From Eledone cirrhosa (taxonomy: Eukaryota), in NCBI GenBank assembly GCA_964016885.1, contig OZ024755.1, forward strand, positions 37,758,001 through 37,822,000: a DNA stretch of 64,000 bases, written 5' to 3'. The position numbers and the translations under genes were made by a program. The notes beneath the pieces are model-generated. The model was not told the DNA's origin, made no database searches, and saw only the letters and a list, made by a program, of their open reading frames with translations. Shown piece by piece: positions 26,028 to 39,349 of this stretch (position 1 is its first letter; each line of letters opens with the position of its first letter).

Positions 26028-26313
26028 AGAATGGAGGTGGTAAAAACCAGTTAGACCATTACTCACCAGAGTACTTGATATTTCAGGTAATAGAGAGGGT
26101 AATATGAATTCAGGACCTCAATGGCTGAGCTCCAGCCGTTTCACCAGCTAGATCCAAACTGAATCACTGTACAGACTGTCTGCCCATATATGGACTCTGC
26201 TGCCCTCCTTCCCCCCTGGGGATTACAGCTATGTTCCCGCTGCCCAAATACCGGTGATTCAGTTCAGATCTAGCTGTTGAAATGGCCAGAGCTCAGCCGT
26301 CAGGGTCCTGAAT
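26028..26313 (-). mobile_element. Fold-back Penelope-like insertion (family H13)
   Basis: Inverted arms about 26109-26167/26254-26313; relatives at 26703, 28233 and 60467. Confidence 0.6.
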
Positions 26314-26352
<39 letters not shown>

Positions 26353-26360
26353 ATATATAT

Positions 26361-26698
26361 ATCATCATCATCATAATTTTACGTCCGCTTTTCCCTGCTT
26401 GCAAGGGTGGGACGGGAACTGATGCTGGCTTGATTTCTACAGCTGGATGCCCTTCCTAACACCAACCTCATTTACAGTGAGTGCTGGGTGCTTTCTTGCT
26501 GTGGCACCTCCACGACCACTTTGCAGTGGAATGATAGGGACCCCAGTCGCTATCATCTCATTTCTACAGCTGAGTAAACTGGAGCAATGTGAAATAAAGT
26601 GTCTTGCTCAAGGAAACAACACATCACCCGGTCTGAGAATTGAACTCACAACCTTTCGATTGCAAGGCCAATGCTCTAACCACTAAGCCATGTGCCTC
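26361..26698 (-). mobile_element. tRNA/CORE-like SINE family C with RTE tail
   Basis: Reverse complement of 48379-48725. Confidence 0.85.
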
Positions 26699-26702
26699 TA
26701 TA

Positions 26703-26883
26703 TAACAAAGAGGGTGTGGTAAGATACCAGGTGGACTCTAATGCACTAAAGTACTCAATAGTTACGGTAGTAGAGAGGGTAATTGGAGAAGAGTCAGGAC
26801 CACGATGGCTGAGCTCCGGCCCTTTCGACAGCTGTATCTGAACTAGCTGTTGAAATGGCCGGAGCTCAACCATTGGGGTCCTG
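26703..26883 (-). mobile_element. Fold-back insertion (H13)
   Basis: Palindrome centred near 26838 with GAAA-stem-III motif. Confidence 0.6.
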
Positions 26884-26899
26884 TCTCTTTTCCTCTCTT

Positions 26900-26930
<31 letters not shown>

Positions 26931-27627
26931 GCATTACGGTCAGCAGTGATTTGCGTTGGACGAGGCACGTCTCTAAAATTGTCAAGAGGGCCGAGGGTGT
27001 CTTAGCATCACTCAGCAAGACCTTTGTCAGCCGCTCTCCAGATATCTATTTAAGGCTGTATACAGCTATGGTGCGACCACACTTAGAATTTGCATCACCA
27101 GTCTGGAACCCCTATCTTGCTCAGGACATTGACCGCCTGGAAACTGTTCAGAGACGTGCAACCAAGCGAATACCCTCCATCAGGCATCTACCATACTCTG
27201 AGCGCCTTGCTTCTCTGGGCATGGATTCATTGAAGCTCCGACGCCTGGCAACTGACTTGGTAAACACCCACAAAATTGTTAACCATGTTGCCAACAACAA
27301 CCCTGAGTACCTTTTCGATTTCCATGTGTCTAACACACGTGGACATGCCCACAAAGTAAGAAAACAGCACAGTTCCCATGACTTTTGGAAACATTTTTTC
27401 ACGTTCAGAGTTGCTGAAGCATGGAACAAACTACCTGCATCAGTTGTTAGCTGTCGAGACACTGCATCCTTTAAGGCCTCCATGCTTCCCGAGATCCGCC
27501 AACAGAACAGCTAACACATACACACATGTACTTCCCTGACATTTGTGTATTATTCTATGTACTATATTGACGAGTTGTAGTGCACCTGAGCACTTTACAC
27601 AATAATTTCATTATTATTATTTATTAT

Positions 27628-27632
<5 letters not shown>
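26931..27632 (+). mobile_element. CR1-like LINE 3' end with open ORF2 C-terminus
   Basis: ITVSSDLRW..LYTAMVRPHLEFASPVWNPY..LETVQRRATK..TRGH..FFTFRV..WNKLP; stop at 27514; (ATT)n tail. Confidence 0.92.
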
Positions 27633-27680
<48 letters not shown>

Positions 27681-28023
27681 CTCATATGTGTATCTAATAC
27701 CTGTTTTCTGGATATGTGTCAACTAGATTATCATTTTCTTTTTCTTTTTCAACTCATATTATATCCGTATTTGTGGTTACATATACACAAATATACTTGC
27801 CCTCATATATGTACTTACGCACACATTTTCACCATACACACGCATTTGTACATACATATATATGTACATTTGTGAGTGTATATACATACATATACACACA
27901 CCTAACTATATTTCCTTATATTTTTTTAATATATTTTATATGTCTATTGCATTACTTTTATTTATATATATATATTTTTTGCATTTCTTGAAGAGACTTT
28001 CCAAATATTTCACTATGTTTTAT

Positions 28024-28101
28024 ATTGCCTTGTCCGACGAACGAATGAGGACGTTTCTTTTGTATTCGTCTTATTCGGGAAACCTCTGGTAATGAGGTAA
28101 T
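28024..28101 (+). ncRNA. Hammerhead ribozyme, U4C variant (H5), in TA-flanked element about 27680-28203
   Basis: ATTGCCTTGT-CCGACGA-ACGAATGAGGACG..CGTCTTATTCGG-GAAA-CCTCTGGT-A-ATGAGGTAAT; 10-bp stem I, 11-bp stem II. Confidence 0.75.
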
Positions 28102-28232
28102 TATATTGTATTGTTTATTATACATTACATTTTGCTCTGGTGCTTACACAGAGCACTCTTCACTCCTATGACTTTTTCAATTTTCAACGGAAACTTCAAT
28201 ACCTATATATATATATATATATATAACATATA

Positions 28233-28478
28233 TAACAAAGGAATTGCGGTAAGGAACCCAGTGGACCATAACGCACCAGAGTACTCAATACTTAGGGTAG
28301 TAGAGTGGGTAATAGGAGAAAGTATAACCCCGACGGCAGAGCTCAAGCCGTTTCGACGGCTATTTCTGGACCTTAGTCCAGAAATAGCCGTCGAAATAGC
28401 CGTCAAAATTTCTGGACCTTAGTCCAGAAATAGCATTCGAAATGGCTTGAGCTCTGCCGTCGGGGTCATACTTTCTCA
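28233..28478 (-). mobile_element. Fold-back insertion (H13)
   Basis: Duplicated hairpin TTTCTGGAC-CTTA-GTCCAGAAA at the centre; (TA)n flanks. Confidence 0.65.
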
Positions 28479-28493
28479 TATATATATATATAG

Positions 28494-29202
28494 GAATGAG
28501 GAACGAAGCTTGCATGCTCCGCTGGATGTGTAACAGTAATATACGTGAACGGCAAAGCATAAACGAACTAAGGAAAAAATTAGAGATAAGAGGGATCAGA
28601 TGTTGTTTACTCGAGAGAAGGCTGCGTTGGTATGGACACGTGATGCGCATGAAAGTCGATAGCTGTATAACAAAGTGCAGGGCAATAAAGATAGACGGTA
28701 GCCACGGAATAGGCAGACCTAGAAAAACATGGGATGAGCTGATAAACTCCGACCTCACACACTTACACCTCTCCAAGACAATGTCACTGGACCGTGACCT
28801 TTGGCGGTACTCAGTAACAGAGAAGACCCGCCTTGCCAGTAGGCATCTCTAACAAACTACACCCCGTCCCGCCACCACCCCCACCCCATCCACACCACCC
28901 CGTTCCATGTAAAGTTATGTTGGTGCCGCGCCATCCAGGCCGAAACAAACGAGATCGTGTAGGTGTCACGACAAAAAAACACACAGTCCATGCTGTAATG
29001 TGGCCGTGTAGGCAACACGGTAAAAACCTCCCAGACCCACACTGTAAATGTGGTTAGTGTTAGGAAGGGCATCCAACTGTAGAAAACCTGCCAGACAGTC
29101 CTATGCGAGCAAGACAATCACTCTTGCCTCAAGTGGGACTACCCCCGTCCAAACCCATGCAAGCGTGGAACACGGACGTTAAACGTTGATGATGATGATG
29201 AT
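28494..29202 (+). mobile_element. Young RTE 3' fragment
   Basis: Translation identical to the last 117 aa of ORF 57178-58809; same UTR and tail. Confidence 0.95.
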
Positions 29203-29249
29203 ATATGGAGAGAATATTTGGTAGCGTTTATCTAGTTAATTTCTATGGA

Positions 29250-29490
29250 CTATGCTAGAAAGCATGGCATCCAACGCTCTACCGATACTTCCAATCCACC
29301 AACCTTAATAATTGTTTCTACTTTTGACACAAGGCCACCAATTACCCCAGTGCATTACTGGTATGATATGTTATCGACCCCCGTAAGGGTGAAAGGCAAA
29401 GTTAACCTCGACGAGATTTGAACTCGGGCCGTAACTATGCTAGAAAGCATGGTGTCCGACCCTCTACCTATACTGTCAATTCACCATCCT
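29250..29490 (-). mobile_element. SINE A copies
   Basis: Reverse complement head and core. Confidence 0.7.
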
Positions 29491-29736
29491 TAATAATGAT
29501 AATAATAATCTGTGATGTAAGACAACTAAAAAAGAATTAAAGAAAAAAAGATAAAAGTAAAATGTTGCCATAGTTACTTTAGTAATTTAATTGACAAGAG
29601 ATTTATTTATTCAAAGGTTTGTGGGTGTTGTTTTAAGAATTTTAAGACCCCTCTTAAAAAGGTGCTGTTTCAATTAAATGTTCCTTCTTTTAAGGTTTAT
29701 TGCTAATGGTTTTTATTTTAAAAAAAACAACTAAAT

Positions 29737-30160
29737 TTAACCCTTTAGCATTTAAAATGGCCACACCCGGCCAGAATGATCTCACTACTTTCTGTTCAAA
29801 CCAGTTGCTCATACTGATGTTCAGGTACTATTCTCAACATAAGTAATATCCAGATCTCATAGCTTTGATATTATGTGAAGTAAAGCCTTTACCATGAATA
29901 TATAATAGTATATACTAGCAGAATGGCCCGGTGTTGCTCGGGATTTGCTCTAGGGTTCTTATGTAAATGTTATGTGAAATATTATGTGAGGTAAAGCCTT
30001 TCCCATGAAAATATAATAGTATATATAGAGAAATGTAAATGTTATGTGAGGTAAAGCCTTTCCCATGAAAATATAATAGTATATATAGAGAAATGTAAAT
30101 GTTATGTGAGGTAAAGCCTTTACTGTGAAAATACAATAGTATATATAGAGTAATGTGAAG
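29737..30160 (+). mobile_element. TTAA MITE with Helitron end and 60-bp tandem
   Basis: Left TIR; CTAGCAGAATGGCCCGG insert at 29915-29961; 60-bp repeats at about 29980-30157. Confidence 0.75.
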
Positions 30161-30370
30161 TTTGAAGATAAATAATTCATGTACAGAATAAATATAAAGA
30201 AAAGAAAATATTTATTTGAGTGAATCTTTAATTGACTGTAATGTCATCACTCATTTTTGTCATCAGAATTGTCATAATTATTATCATTGTCACCTCCATC
30301 ATAATTGTTGTTGTTATCATTATCATTGTCATTTTCATCATCATCATCATTGCTGTTATCATTATCATCA

Positions 30371-30555
30371 TTGGCAGTATTGGTAGGGGGTCGGAGGATG
30401 CTATGCTTTGCGGCACAGAGTTACGTCCCTTTACGGACTGAGTTCAAATCCTGCCGAGCTTAACTTTGCCTTTCATCCTTACGGGGTTGATAAAATAAAG
30501 TACCAGTAATACACTGGGGTAATTGCTGGCCTTGTGCCAAAAGTAGAAACAATTA
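30371..30555 (+). mobile_element. SINE A
   Basis: Full head and core within (ATC)n. Confidence 0.85.
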
Positions 30556-31506
30556 TCATCATCGTCATCATCATCATTATTATCATCATCATTATTATCA
30601 TCATCATCATCATCACCATCATTAGCCACACTGTCATCCATACCTGCAACTAGTTTTTTGTATCTAAATTAAAAAATTTGAAGATAAAATTGATAGGAGT
30701 GATTAAAATATTTACTTGAACATATTAACTCTTTCAAAATTTCAATTAAAAAAATCTATACCTTTCCTGTGTAAATATTGCAAAACCTGATTTTTTATTT
30801 ATAAATCTATGTGTGTGTGAGGGTGTGGGTGTGAGGCATGTGTAGTTAAGGAGTTTGCCACCAGGTGGTTTCCAGTTCAGTTGCTGTCTTTAGCCTCATC
30901 TTAGGCAAGTATCTTCTACTATAGCTTCTGATTGACAAAATCCTTGTGGGGAGAATTTGGAAGAGTGTGTGTGTGTGTTCTCTTTATTTAAATGATTAAT
31001 TAATTTGGAATTTAGCACTTGTATCACAATAATCAGTCTTATTAAATTTTTTGCTAATCTATTTCTGGTGAAATTTTATTTTAAGTAATAGCATTCCTGC
31101 GACAATTTTCTTTGGGCATTAAAAAAACATTATACATGACAGAAAAAGTACAATACTAGGAATCTCATCTTCTCTATATAAAATTATTTGTCTGTCTGTC
31201 TGTCTGTTCCTATATAACTGAGAAAAATATATTGTTTTACATAGAGAAAAATACATGGAACTCATTTAACCATCTTTTGATCTTATATATTATGTATACT
31301 CCAGTCCTACAAACTGAACAGTGCTTCTTATCCAATATCTGCATTGCTTTATTGTACTACAATAAAACTCACCTCCTACATATATATATATATATATATA
31401 TATAGGAACAGAGGAACGGATGAAGAACCCAAAAGCACACACTTCGTCCGTTCCCATGTCGATTCAATTTGGATTGCCTCGGAAACATAACCTTATTATG
31501 TAAGAA

Positions 31507-31580
31507 GCTGTCTGACGATGTCGCGACACTCGCACACAGAACAGTGTGGCCAGTGTCATCATTGAAATATATATCACAGC
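31507..31580 (+). ncRNA. Minimal hammerhead ribozyme (H6) in TA-flanked element 31404-31632
   Basis: GCTGT-CTGACGA-..GACACT..AGTGTC..-GAAA-TATATAT-C-ACAGC. Confidence 0.8.
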
Positions 31581-31631
31581 ATTATTATTAAAAGACTTGA
31601 ACATCTGAAACTACTTCGCTTTTCCTTATTC

Positions 31632-31668
<37 letters not shown>

Positions 31669-31685
31669 TTATATATATATATTTA

Positions 31686-32057
31686 TATTATTCAAAATGT
31701 TAACAAATGAAAAATATTCTCATAATCAAAATATATACTTTATTATTTGGATTTCAAAGGTACTGTGTTGTTTTTTCAGTACGTCCTCGTCAGACAAAAT
31801 ATATGATTTGATATATGACATACCGCTACGGTCTTGATTATACAATTCCAGTATTGGCAGATGAGGACATACTGAAAAAACAACACTACCTTTGAAATAT
31901 ATATATAATAAAGTATATATTTTGATTATGAGAATATTTTTCATTTGTTAATATTTTGAATAATATTAAAAACTTCAGGAAAACTTTCTGTTGTGTGCTT
32001 CTAATCTATTGTAAAATTGTATTCATTGAGTAATCAACGAACCACACTAATCTTTAG

Positions 32058-32058
<1 letters not shown>
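31686..32058 (+). mobile_element. Fold-back Penelope-like insertion (H7)
   Basis: Inverted arms about 31686-31791/31860-31966 plus tail, (TA)n flanks. Confidence 0.7.
31737..31800 (-). ncRNA. Hammerhead ribozyme (H7)
   Basis: ATTTTGT-CTGACGA-GGACGTACTG..CAGTACCTTT-GAAA-TCCAAAT-A-ATAAAGT. Confidence 0.7.
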
Positions 32059-32099
<41 letters not shown>

Positions 32100-32101
<2 letters not shown>

Positions 32102-32520
32102 TAAAATAACAGATTAAAGTTTAAGCAAAGAATCGCTGCTTTCACCCTTAACGGGATCTTCTGAAACTAACAAAGTCAATCTGTAAACGCAGAACTGGAT
32201 ATTTAAAAAAATGTTGCAACCGGAGGAAGACAGGAAGACGATACTTTGGTTCGTGGAAATGCCAGCGAACGTTTCCACGAACCAAAGTATCATCTTCCTA
32301 TCTTCCTCTGGTTGCAACGTTTTTTGAAATATCCAGTTCTGCGTTTACAGATTGACTTTGTTAGTTTCAGAAGATCCCGTTAAGGGTGAAAGCAGCGATT
32401 CTTTGCTTAAACTTTAATCTATTATTTTAAATATTTGCTCTACGGTTCTTATATATTTGATATATATTTATCCTTATCGAGCCCTCTTTGGATTTTAGTC
32501 TTCAATTTTATTATTATTAC
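32100..32520 (+). mobile_element. Fold-back Penelope-like insertion (H8)
   Basis: About 160-bp inverted arms 32100-32259/32272-32431 plus tail, (TA)n flanks. Confidence 0.75.
32363..32413 (+). ncRNA. Hammerhead-fold RNA with CAGAAGA core (H8)
   Basis: AGTTT-CAGAAGA-TCCCGTTAAGGGT-GAAA-GCA..TGCT-T-AAACT; mirror copy 32118-32168 and a copy at 41276-41326. Confidence 0.6.
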
Positions 32521-32616
32521 TATATATATATATATATATATATGAGTGGAACAAGTAAACATTAAACAATCTTTTAAATAAATTAAAATACGATTTAAAT
32601 ATTTACCTCTTCTCGT

Positions 32617-32696
32617 GCCATGACCGACGGTTTAGCTAATCAAAAGATTGGAAATTCAGAGAATTTCCAATGGAAAGATACAGCTCTTCAGATAGC
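32617..32696 (-). ncRNA. Hammerhead motif with mutated GAAA (H9)
   Basis: GCTAT-CTGAAGA-GCT..ATTGGAAATTC/GAATTTCCAAT..AGC-TAAA-CCGTCGGT-C-ATGGC. Confidence 0.6.
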
Positions 32697-32855
32697 TTTT
32701 CCGAACCTACTAGATATAAATCCACGTAGATGTGGATGTATCGCTTTCTGCCCGGTGAATGAATCAAGCCGTTAAAATGACCACCTCACAAATGGGCCGT
32801 TAGAAAAAGCGGGAATAATAGACTCGTTGATATTTCATGTTACTAGAAATAGCAA

Positions 32856-33181
32856 TCATCATCATCATCATCATCGTTTAACGTCCATGTTCCACACTTG
32901 CATGGGTTTGGACGGGAGTTTTCCCACTTGAGGCAAGAATGGTTGTCTTGCTCGCATAGGACTGTCTGGCGGGTTTTCTACAGTTGGATGCCCTTCCTAA
33001 CACCAACCACATTTACAGTGTGGGTCTGGGAGGTTTTTACCGTGTTACCTACATGACCACATTACAGCGTGGACTGTGTTTTTTTTTTTATGACACCTAC
33101 ACGATCTCATATCTTTCGGCCTGGATGTTGTGGCACCAACATAACTTTACATCGAAAGGGGCGGTGTGGCTGGGGTGGGGG
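32856..33181 (-). mobile_element. RTE 3' UTR fragment
   Basis: Matches 56823-57150. Confidence 0.85.
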
Positions 33182-33384
33182 TGATATATATCACTGTTTT
33201 AATGTTCACTTTCCCTGCTAGCAAGGGTTGGATGGGTCTACATAGATCAAGTCAGTACTGATCTGCCAGAGAGACCAGGGATGTGCATCTTACATAGGGT
33301 CTCACATTCTACCAAGTTCACAGGATAGGTTGTCATGACTTTGGAACAACTGCAGGGTCCTCCCAACATGCGCACACACACGCA

Positions 33385-33442
<58 letters not shown>

Positions 33443-33443
<1 letters not shown>

Positions 33444-33715
33444 CTTCTTTTCTTCGCCCACTTATTCCTGAGAGGGTCGGGGGCAGTCTTCAAACATTCC
33501 TCCTAGTGGGTTCGGTCAGAAGCAACCATCTCCAACTGATCTGGCTGGATCACAAAGCACGACTAGCCAAGCTCATGGATGTTATCCAACCATCTTGCTC
33601 GGGGTCTACCCCTGGGTCTCCAACCTGTTGGTTTCACCCATAAAATCTGTCCAGCGATTCTTTCCTGAGGCATTCAAACCACATGCCCATAATATCAGAA
33701 CTGTGATCTCTCAAG
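33443..33715 (-). mobile_element. RTE (second family) 3' fragment
   Basis: Reverse-complement similarity to about 8460-8728. Confidence 0.75.
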
Positions 33716-33826
33716 TGGGACAAAACCGTCCAACCCATGCCAGCGTGGAAGATGGACGTTAAATGATGATGACATATTATATATATATATATTAATAAAT
33801 GGAAACTATATTTATAAAACCATAAT

Positions 33827-33892
33827 TATTTTATTATATATATTTCGAGGGCAACCAAGGCAAATTATGGTGCGCTTTCATCAGATAAAATA
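33827..33892 (-). ncRNA. Minimal hammerhead ribozyme (H2 family)
   Basis: TATTTTAT-CTGATGA-AAGCGCACCA..TGGTTGCCCTC-GAAA-TATATAT-A-ATAAAATA. Confidence 0.8.
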
Positions 33893-33972
33893 CTTATCAA
33901 ATTTTCATCAGATAAAATACGTTATAAAATGTTTAAGCTTGTTGAATCCCAACAAATTAAATATAACCTCTG

Positions 33973-34243
33973 CATCATCATCATCATCATCATCATTTTA
34001 CGTCTGCTTTTCCCTGCTTGCAAGGGTGGGACGAGAACTGATGCTGGCTTGATTTCTACAGCTGGATGCCCTTCCTAACACCAACCTCATTTACAGTGAG
34101 TGCTGGGTGCTTTTTTGCCATGGCACCTCCACGACCACTTTGCAGTGGAATGATAGGGACCCCAGTCCTTATCATCTTATTTCTACAGCTGAGTAAACTG
34201 GAGCAATGTGAAATAAAGTGTCTTGCTCAAGGAAACAACACAT
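33973..34243 (-). mobile_element. SINE C, 5'-truncated
   Basis: Matches 48379-48725 without the tRNA head. Confidence 0.8.
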
Positions 34244-34400
34244 AACAACGCATATATATATATATATATATTTTATCCCGGGTTCAATCGGGGGTAACCA
34301 CAGTAAGTAAGGTACTCAATACATAGCAGAGTATAAATATTTAATATAGAAATGGCTTCTACAGGACTAGGTCTGTTTCATTCGGGAGAAATCATCAAGT

Positions 34401-34449
34401 GCTTCCTGATGATTTCTCTCAAATTAAACAGTTCTAGTCCTGTAGAAGC
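34401..34449 (+). ncRNA. Hammerhead motif (H10) in fold-back element 34270-34467
   Basis: GCTTC-CTGATGA..(G/T)AAA-CAG..CTGT-A-GAAGC; the mirror arm has GAAA but TTGATGA. Confidence 0.65.
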
Positions 34450-34675
34450 CATTTCTATATCAAATATATATATGTATATATATATGTAGATAAATCTACC
34501 AAGAGTTTACGGTAGTGTCCAATCCGTATGAAGAACTCAATGTATTCCGGATATCATGGAAAGAAGAAATGTAATGAAAAATCACTTTCGGTGAAAGATA
34601 AACGGTATACAGAGTCAAGATAAAATATTAAACAAATAATGAATAAACAATTCCTTATATTAAACAAAAAAAGTT

Positions 34676-34812
34676 CATTATTTAACGATCGTTTCTAGGA
34701 TATATATGTGTTAGAGTTGGCATGCATATTCAACAGATCTATGTACAAAATTATACAAACTATCAAGATTAAATATACATACCAACACATATATACGCCG
34801 TCTTCAGAAATA

Positions 34813-34815
<3 letters not shown>
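34676..34815 (-). ncRNA. Hammerhead ribozyme with long stem II (H11) in TA-flanked element 34488-34815
   Basis: CATTATTT-CTGAAGA-..GTATATATGTGTTGG..CTAACACATATATAT..-GAAA-CGATCGT-T-AAATAATG. Confidence 0.8.
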
Positions 34816-34846
<31 letters not shown>

Positions 34847-35044
34847 ACTAGAAATTGATTGACATATATATATATTTAAAATAAACACATGAAACAATCA
34901 CAGGGGATAATTTGTAAAGTGTGTAATCACGCATAGCTAGGTAGGTAACTAATTAAAGTTTAACTTGAGCTTCAAATATTACCTATGGTGCATGTCTCGG
35001 ACATGACTCCCTTAATTTAATTTAATTAAATTAATTTTGGATAT

Positions 35045-35346
35045 ATGTAAAGTTATGTTGGTACCACAACATCCAGTCCGAAATAAATGAGGTCGTGTAG
35101 GTGTCATGACAAAAAAAACAACACAGTCCATGCTGTAATGTGGCCGTGTAGGTAACACAGTAAAAACCTCCCAGCCCCACACTGTAAATGTGGTTGGTGT
35201 TAGGAAGGGCATCAAGCCGTAGAAAACCCGCCAGACAGTCCTATACGAGCAGGACAACCGATCTTGCCTCAAGTGGGAAAACTCCCGTCCAAACCCATGC
35301 AAGCGTGGAAGATGGACGTTAAACGATCATGATGATGATGATGATG
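35045..35346 (+). mobile_element. RTE 3' UTR fragment
   Basis: Matches 28908-29202. Confidence 0.85.
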
Positions 35347-35694
35347 TATATATATGTATATATATATGTGTGTGTGTGTATCTTTGTGTTTGTACCACTG
35401 TTTGTATGTATATCTCATAACTTACAGGTTGGATAAAGATCAACAAGAAAAGTACCATACTTGAAAAAAAAAGAAAGTGCTGGGGTTGATATACTAAATT
35501 ATACCAGTGCCCCAGCATAACTAGGGTCTCCAATGACTGAATACAGTAAAAGGAGTAAAAAGGTAATATAGTGAATTCTTAACTTGCTGTTTGTTACAGG
35601 AAAAAAAGGAGGGAAATTTGGTTTAATTACTTGACAGACAGCTGGTAAGGTATAATTTAATATAGACATTATAGATATATCAATCTTATAATTG

Positions 35695-36640
<946 letters not shown>

Positions 36641-37920
36641 AACTCCAGGAAAAGTAGCTGCTTGCTATAAAGATAAGTTTGTGTGGTGTACCATATATGG
36701 AACTCCTTGGTCCATATGGTCCATCTCTTACTGTTGCCACTCACTGCTACTGACCTACCAGGGGCAAGGCACTAACTCCCCCTCTTTCTCCCCCCCCCTC
36801 TCTCTCTCTCTGAAGGAAGGATAAAGATGAGTAAGTCATGTGACTAGTGTAAGGAATGCCAGTTGTAAGAATTCTCTTATTCTTCTTCTTATATATATGA
36901 TTCATCTACTTGTGTGTTTGGGAAGCTGTTTAGTGTTGCCAAAATCAGATAGGCTGAATTTGAAAGTTGTTTCTGCATCAGCAGCTAGGCCTGTGCATCT
37001 GGTTTTCTTTTTTGTGTTGTTGTTTTCATACTTTTTCTTCTCTCACCTCCTTCATAACTAACTAAACTTACACTTGGTGGTGCCAGCCGACTTGGTAAGT
37101 AAATACTCTCAAGTAATATTTTTGGTAGATTTTTTTTTTTTTTCTGATATAATAATGATAATAATGATTTCTAATTAAGGCACAAGACCAGAAATGTGTA
37201 GGCAAGTGGATGGGTGGGTGGAGAAGAAAGTCAATTATATTAACCCCCAGTATTTCGTTGGTACTTTATTTTAATAACCTAGGAAGGATGAAAGGCAAAG
37301 CTGACCTCAGCAGGATTTGAACTGAGAACAAATACTGCAAAGTATTTTGTCTGAAGTTTTAACAACTCTCACAATCTACCACCCATAATAATAATAATAA
37401 TAATAATTTCTAATTAAAGCACATGGCCTGTTATGGGGATGGTGGGAATACCCCCTTCCCTTTACCTACCGGTATATAGTTTGGTCTATATGACTTCCCC
37501 CTCCTCCCTAAATTGCAGGTCTTGTGCCTTAATTAGAAACTGTTAATAATGATGATAATTTGAACTGTTAAATAATGTCATATAAACAACAATGTCATAA
37601 TGTCATATAAACAACAGCAAAAAACCAACACAAACTTTAAAAGTTTACAACACACACACACACATATACACACACACATAACACACCTGGAAGGAAAACA
37701 TAACCTGAAACAAGGTGTAATTATTGTGTAACTTTCTTCAAACTCTAGCTAAATGAACATGAAATATTGATTGATTAACCCTTTTGATACCAGCCCTGGA
37801 TCTAGGAAACAAAACCACCCATCATTTTAAAGGGTCCCTATTTAATTAAAACCTTCCAACATTATTTTATATAAAAGCTTTTTATTAAATTATGAATTAT
37901 TTTAATAATGAAATACCATT

Positions 37921-38477
37921 TTAACCCTTTACCATTTACATTACTCTATATATACTATTATATTTTCATGGTAAAGGCTTTACCTCACATAATTATCTGA
38001 CGTATCTCACGTAACATTTACATTACTCTATATATACTATTATATTTTCATGGTAAAGGCTTTACCTCACATAATTATCTGACGTATCTCACGTAACATT
38101 TACATTACTCTATATATACTATTATATTTTCATGGTAAAGGCTTTACCTCACATAATTATCTGACGTATCTCACGTAACATTTACATTACTCTATATATA
38201 CTATTCTATTTTCATGGTAAAGGCTTTACCTCACATAATTATCTGACGTATCTCACGTAACATTTACATTACTCTATATATACTATTCTATTTTCATGGT
38301 AAAAGCTTTATCTTACATAATTAACTCACATAATATTGAATCTATGAGATTTTGATATTATTTATTTTGAGAACAGTACCTTAACTTCGGCATGAGCGAC
38401 TAGTTGCAGCCGGTTTGAACAGAAACAGGTGAGAGAATTATGGCCAGATACTGCTGGTTTAAATGTTCAAGGGTTAA
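37921..38477 (-). mobile_element. TTAA MITE with internal 82-bp tandem (about 5 units)
   Basis: TTAACCCTT...AAGGGTTAA; CATTTACATT at 37933, 38015, 38097, 38179, 38261. Confidence 0.9.
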
Positions 38478-39349
38478 TAATGGAATAATTGATAATTTTA
38501 GTAGGTCCTTCCAAATTCATCACTAATTGAAGTATTATGTATGTCATTAAAAATATGGTAATAATAGTTAAATTAACTAAATTTTAACCCTTTAGCTGCA
38601 AATCTTTTTAATAAATGACACTGGCTGTATTTTCTAAATAATTTTGAAAATAATCAAGAATTTAGAGGTGTTTAGTAATTAATATAACTAGCTTATTACT
38701 AAGCTGGTGTTTGCAACGTAACAAAGATTCTGACATAAAGTTATGATAGAAGGTTATTATGTAAATATGACCTCTTGGAAATAGAGTTATGTATCATAGA
38801 ATCTGGGGGTGGGGTTGATTCAGGTGTGTTGGTATTAAAACGGTTGAATGAAAATTTGTTGCATTTTTATGAACAGCAATGTTAGATGTAAGTTTTTTAC
38901 TCTGTATATCTCTTTACATTAAGAAAAAAAAAATTTCACCTGAAAGAAATATTTAACATTTGTTTTTATTTTTTTTTTAAATTGGCAATTTAGTTCAGGT
39001 GTATATCATTATGTAATAGTATTTACACCTGTGCTCCCCAAAGTTGATATCGATCCATGGGGGGTTGATGGGACTGCCACGAAGGCCAATGGAATTTGGG
39101 GGCCAAAACCTGACATTTGTATAAAAAATGAAAATACATAAAATACATCTTCCTGATTTATATATAATTAGTTTTTAATGTTTATTTATTTTATATTCTG
39201 TTATTTATTTATTTATTTTTGTTGTACACACCTGGAGTGAATGAGGGTAAGTCAAGGAATCCATGGAGAAGACAAGGGTCTGAAACATTTTAGGGTCTTT
39301 GGTGTATACAGTATTTAGTTGAGGGTATATAATTATAGATTAGTGTTCA

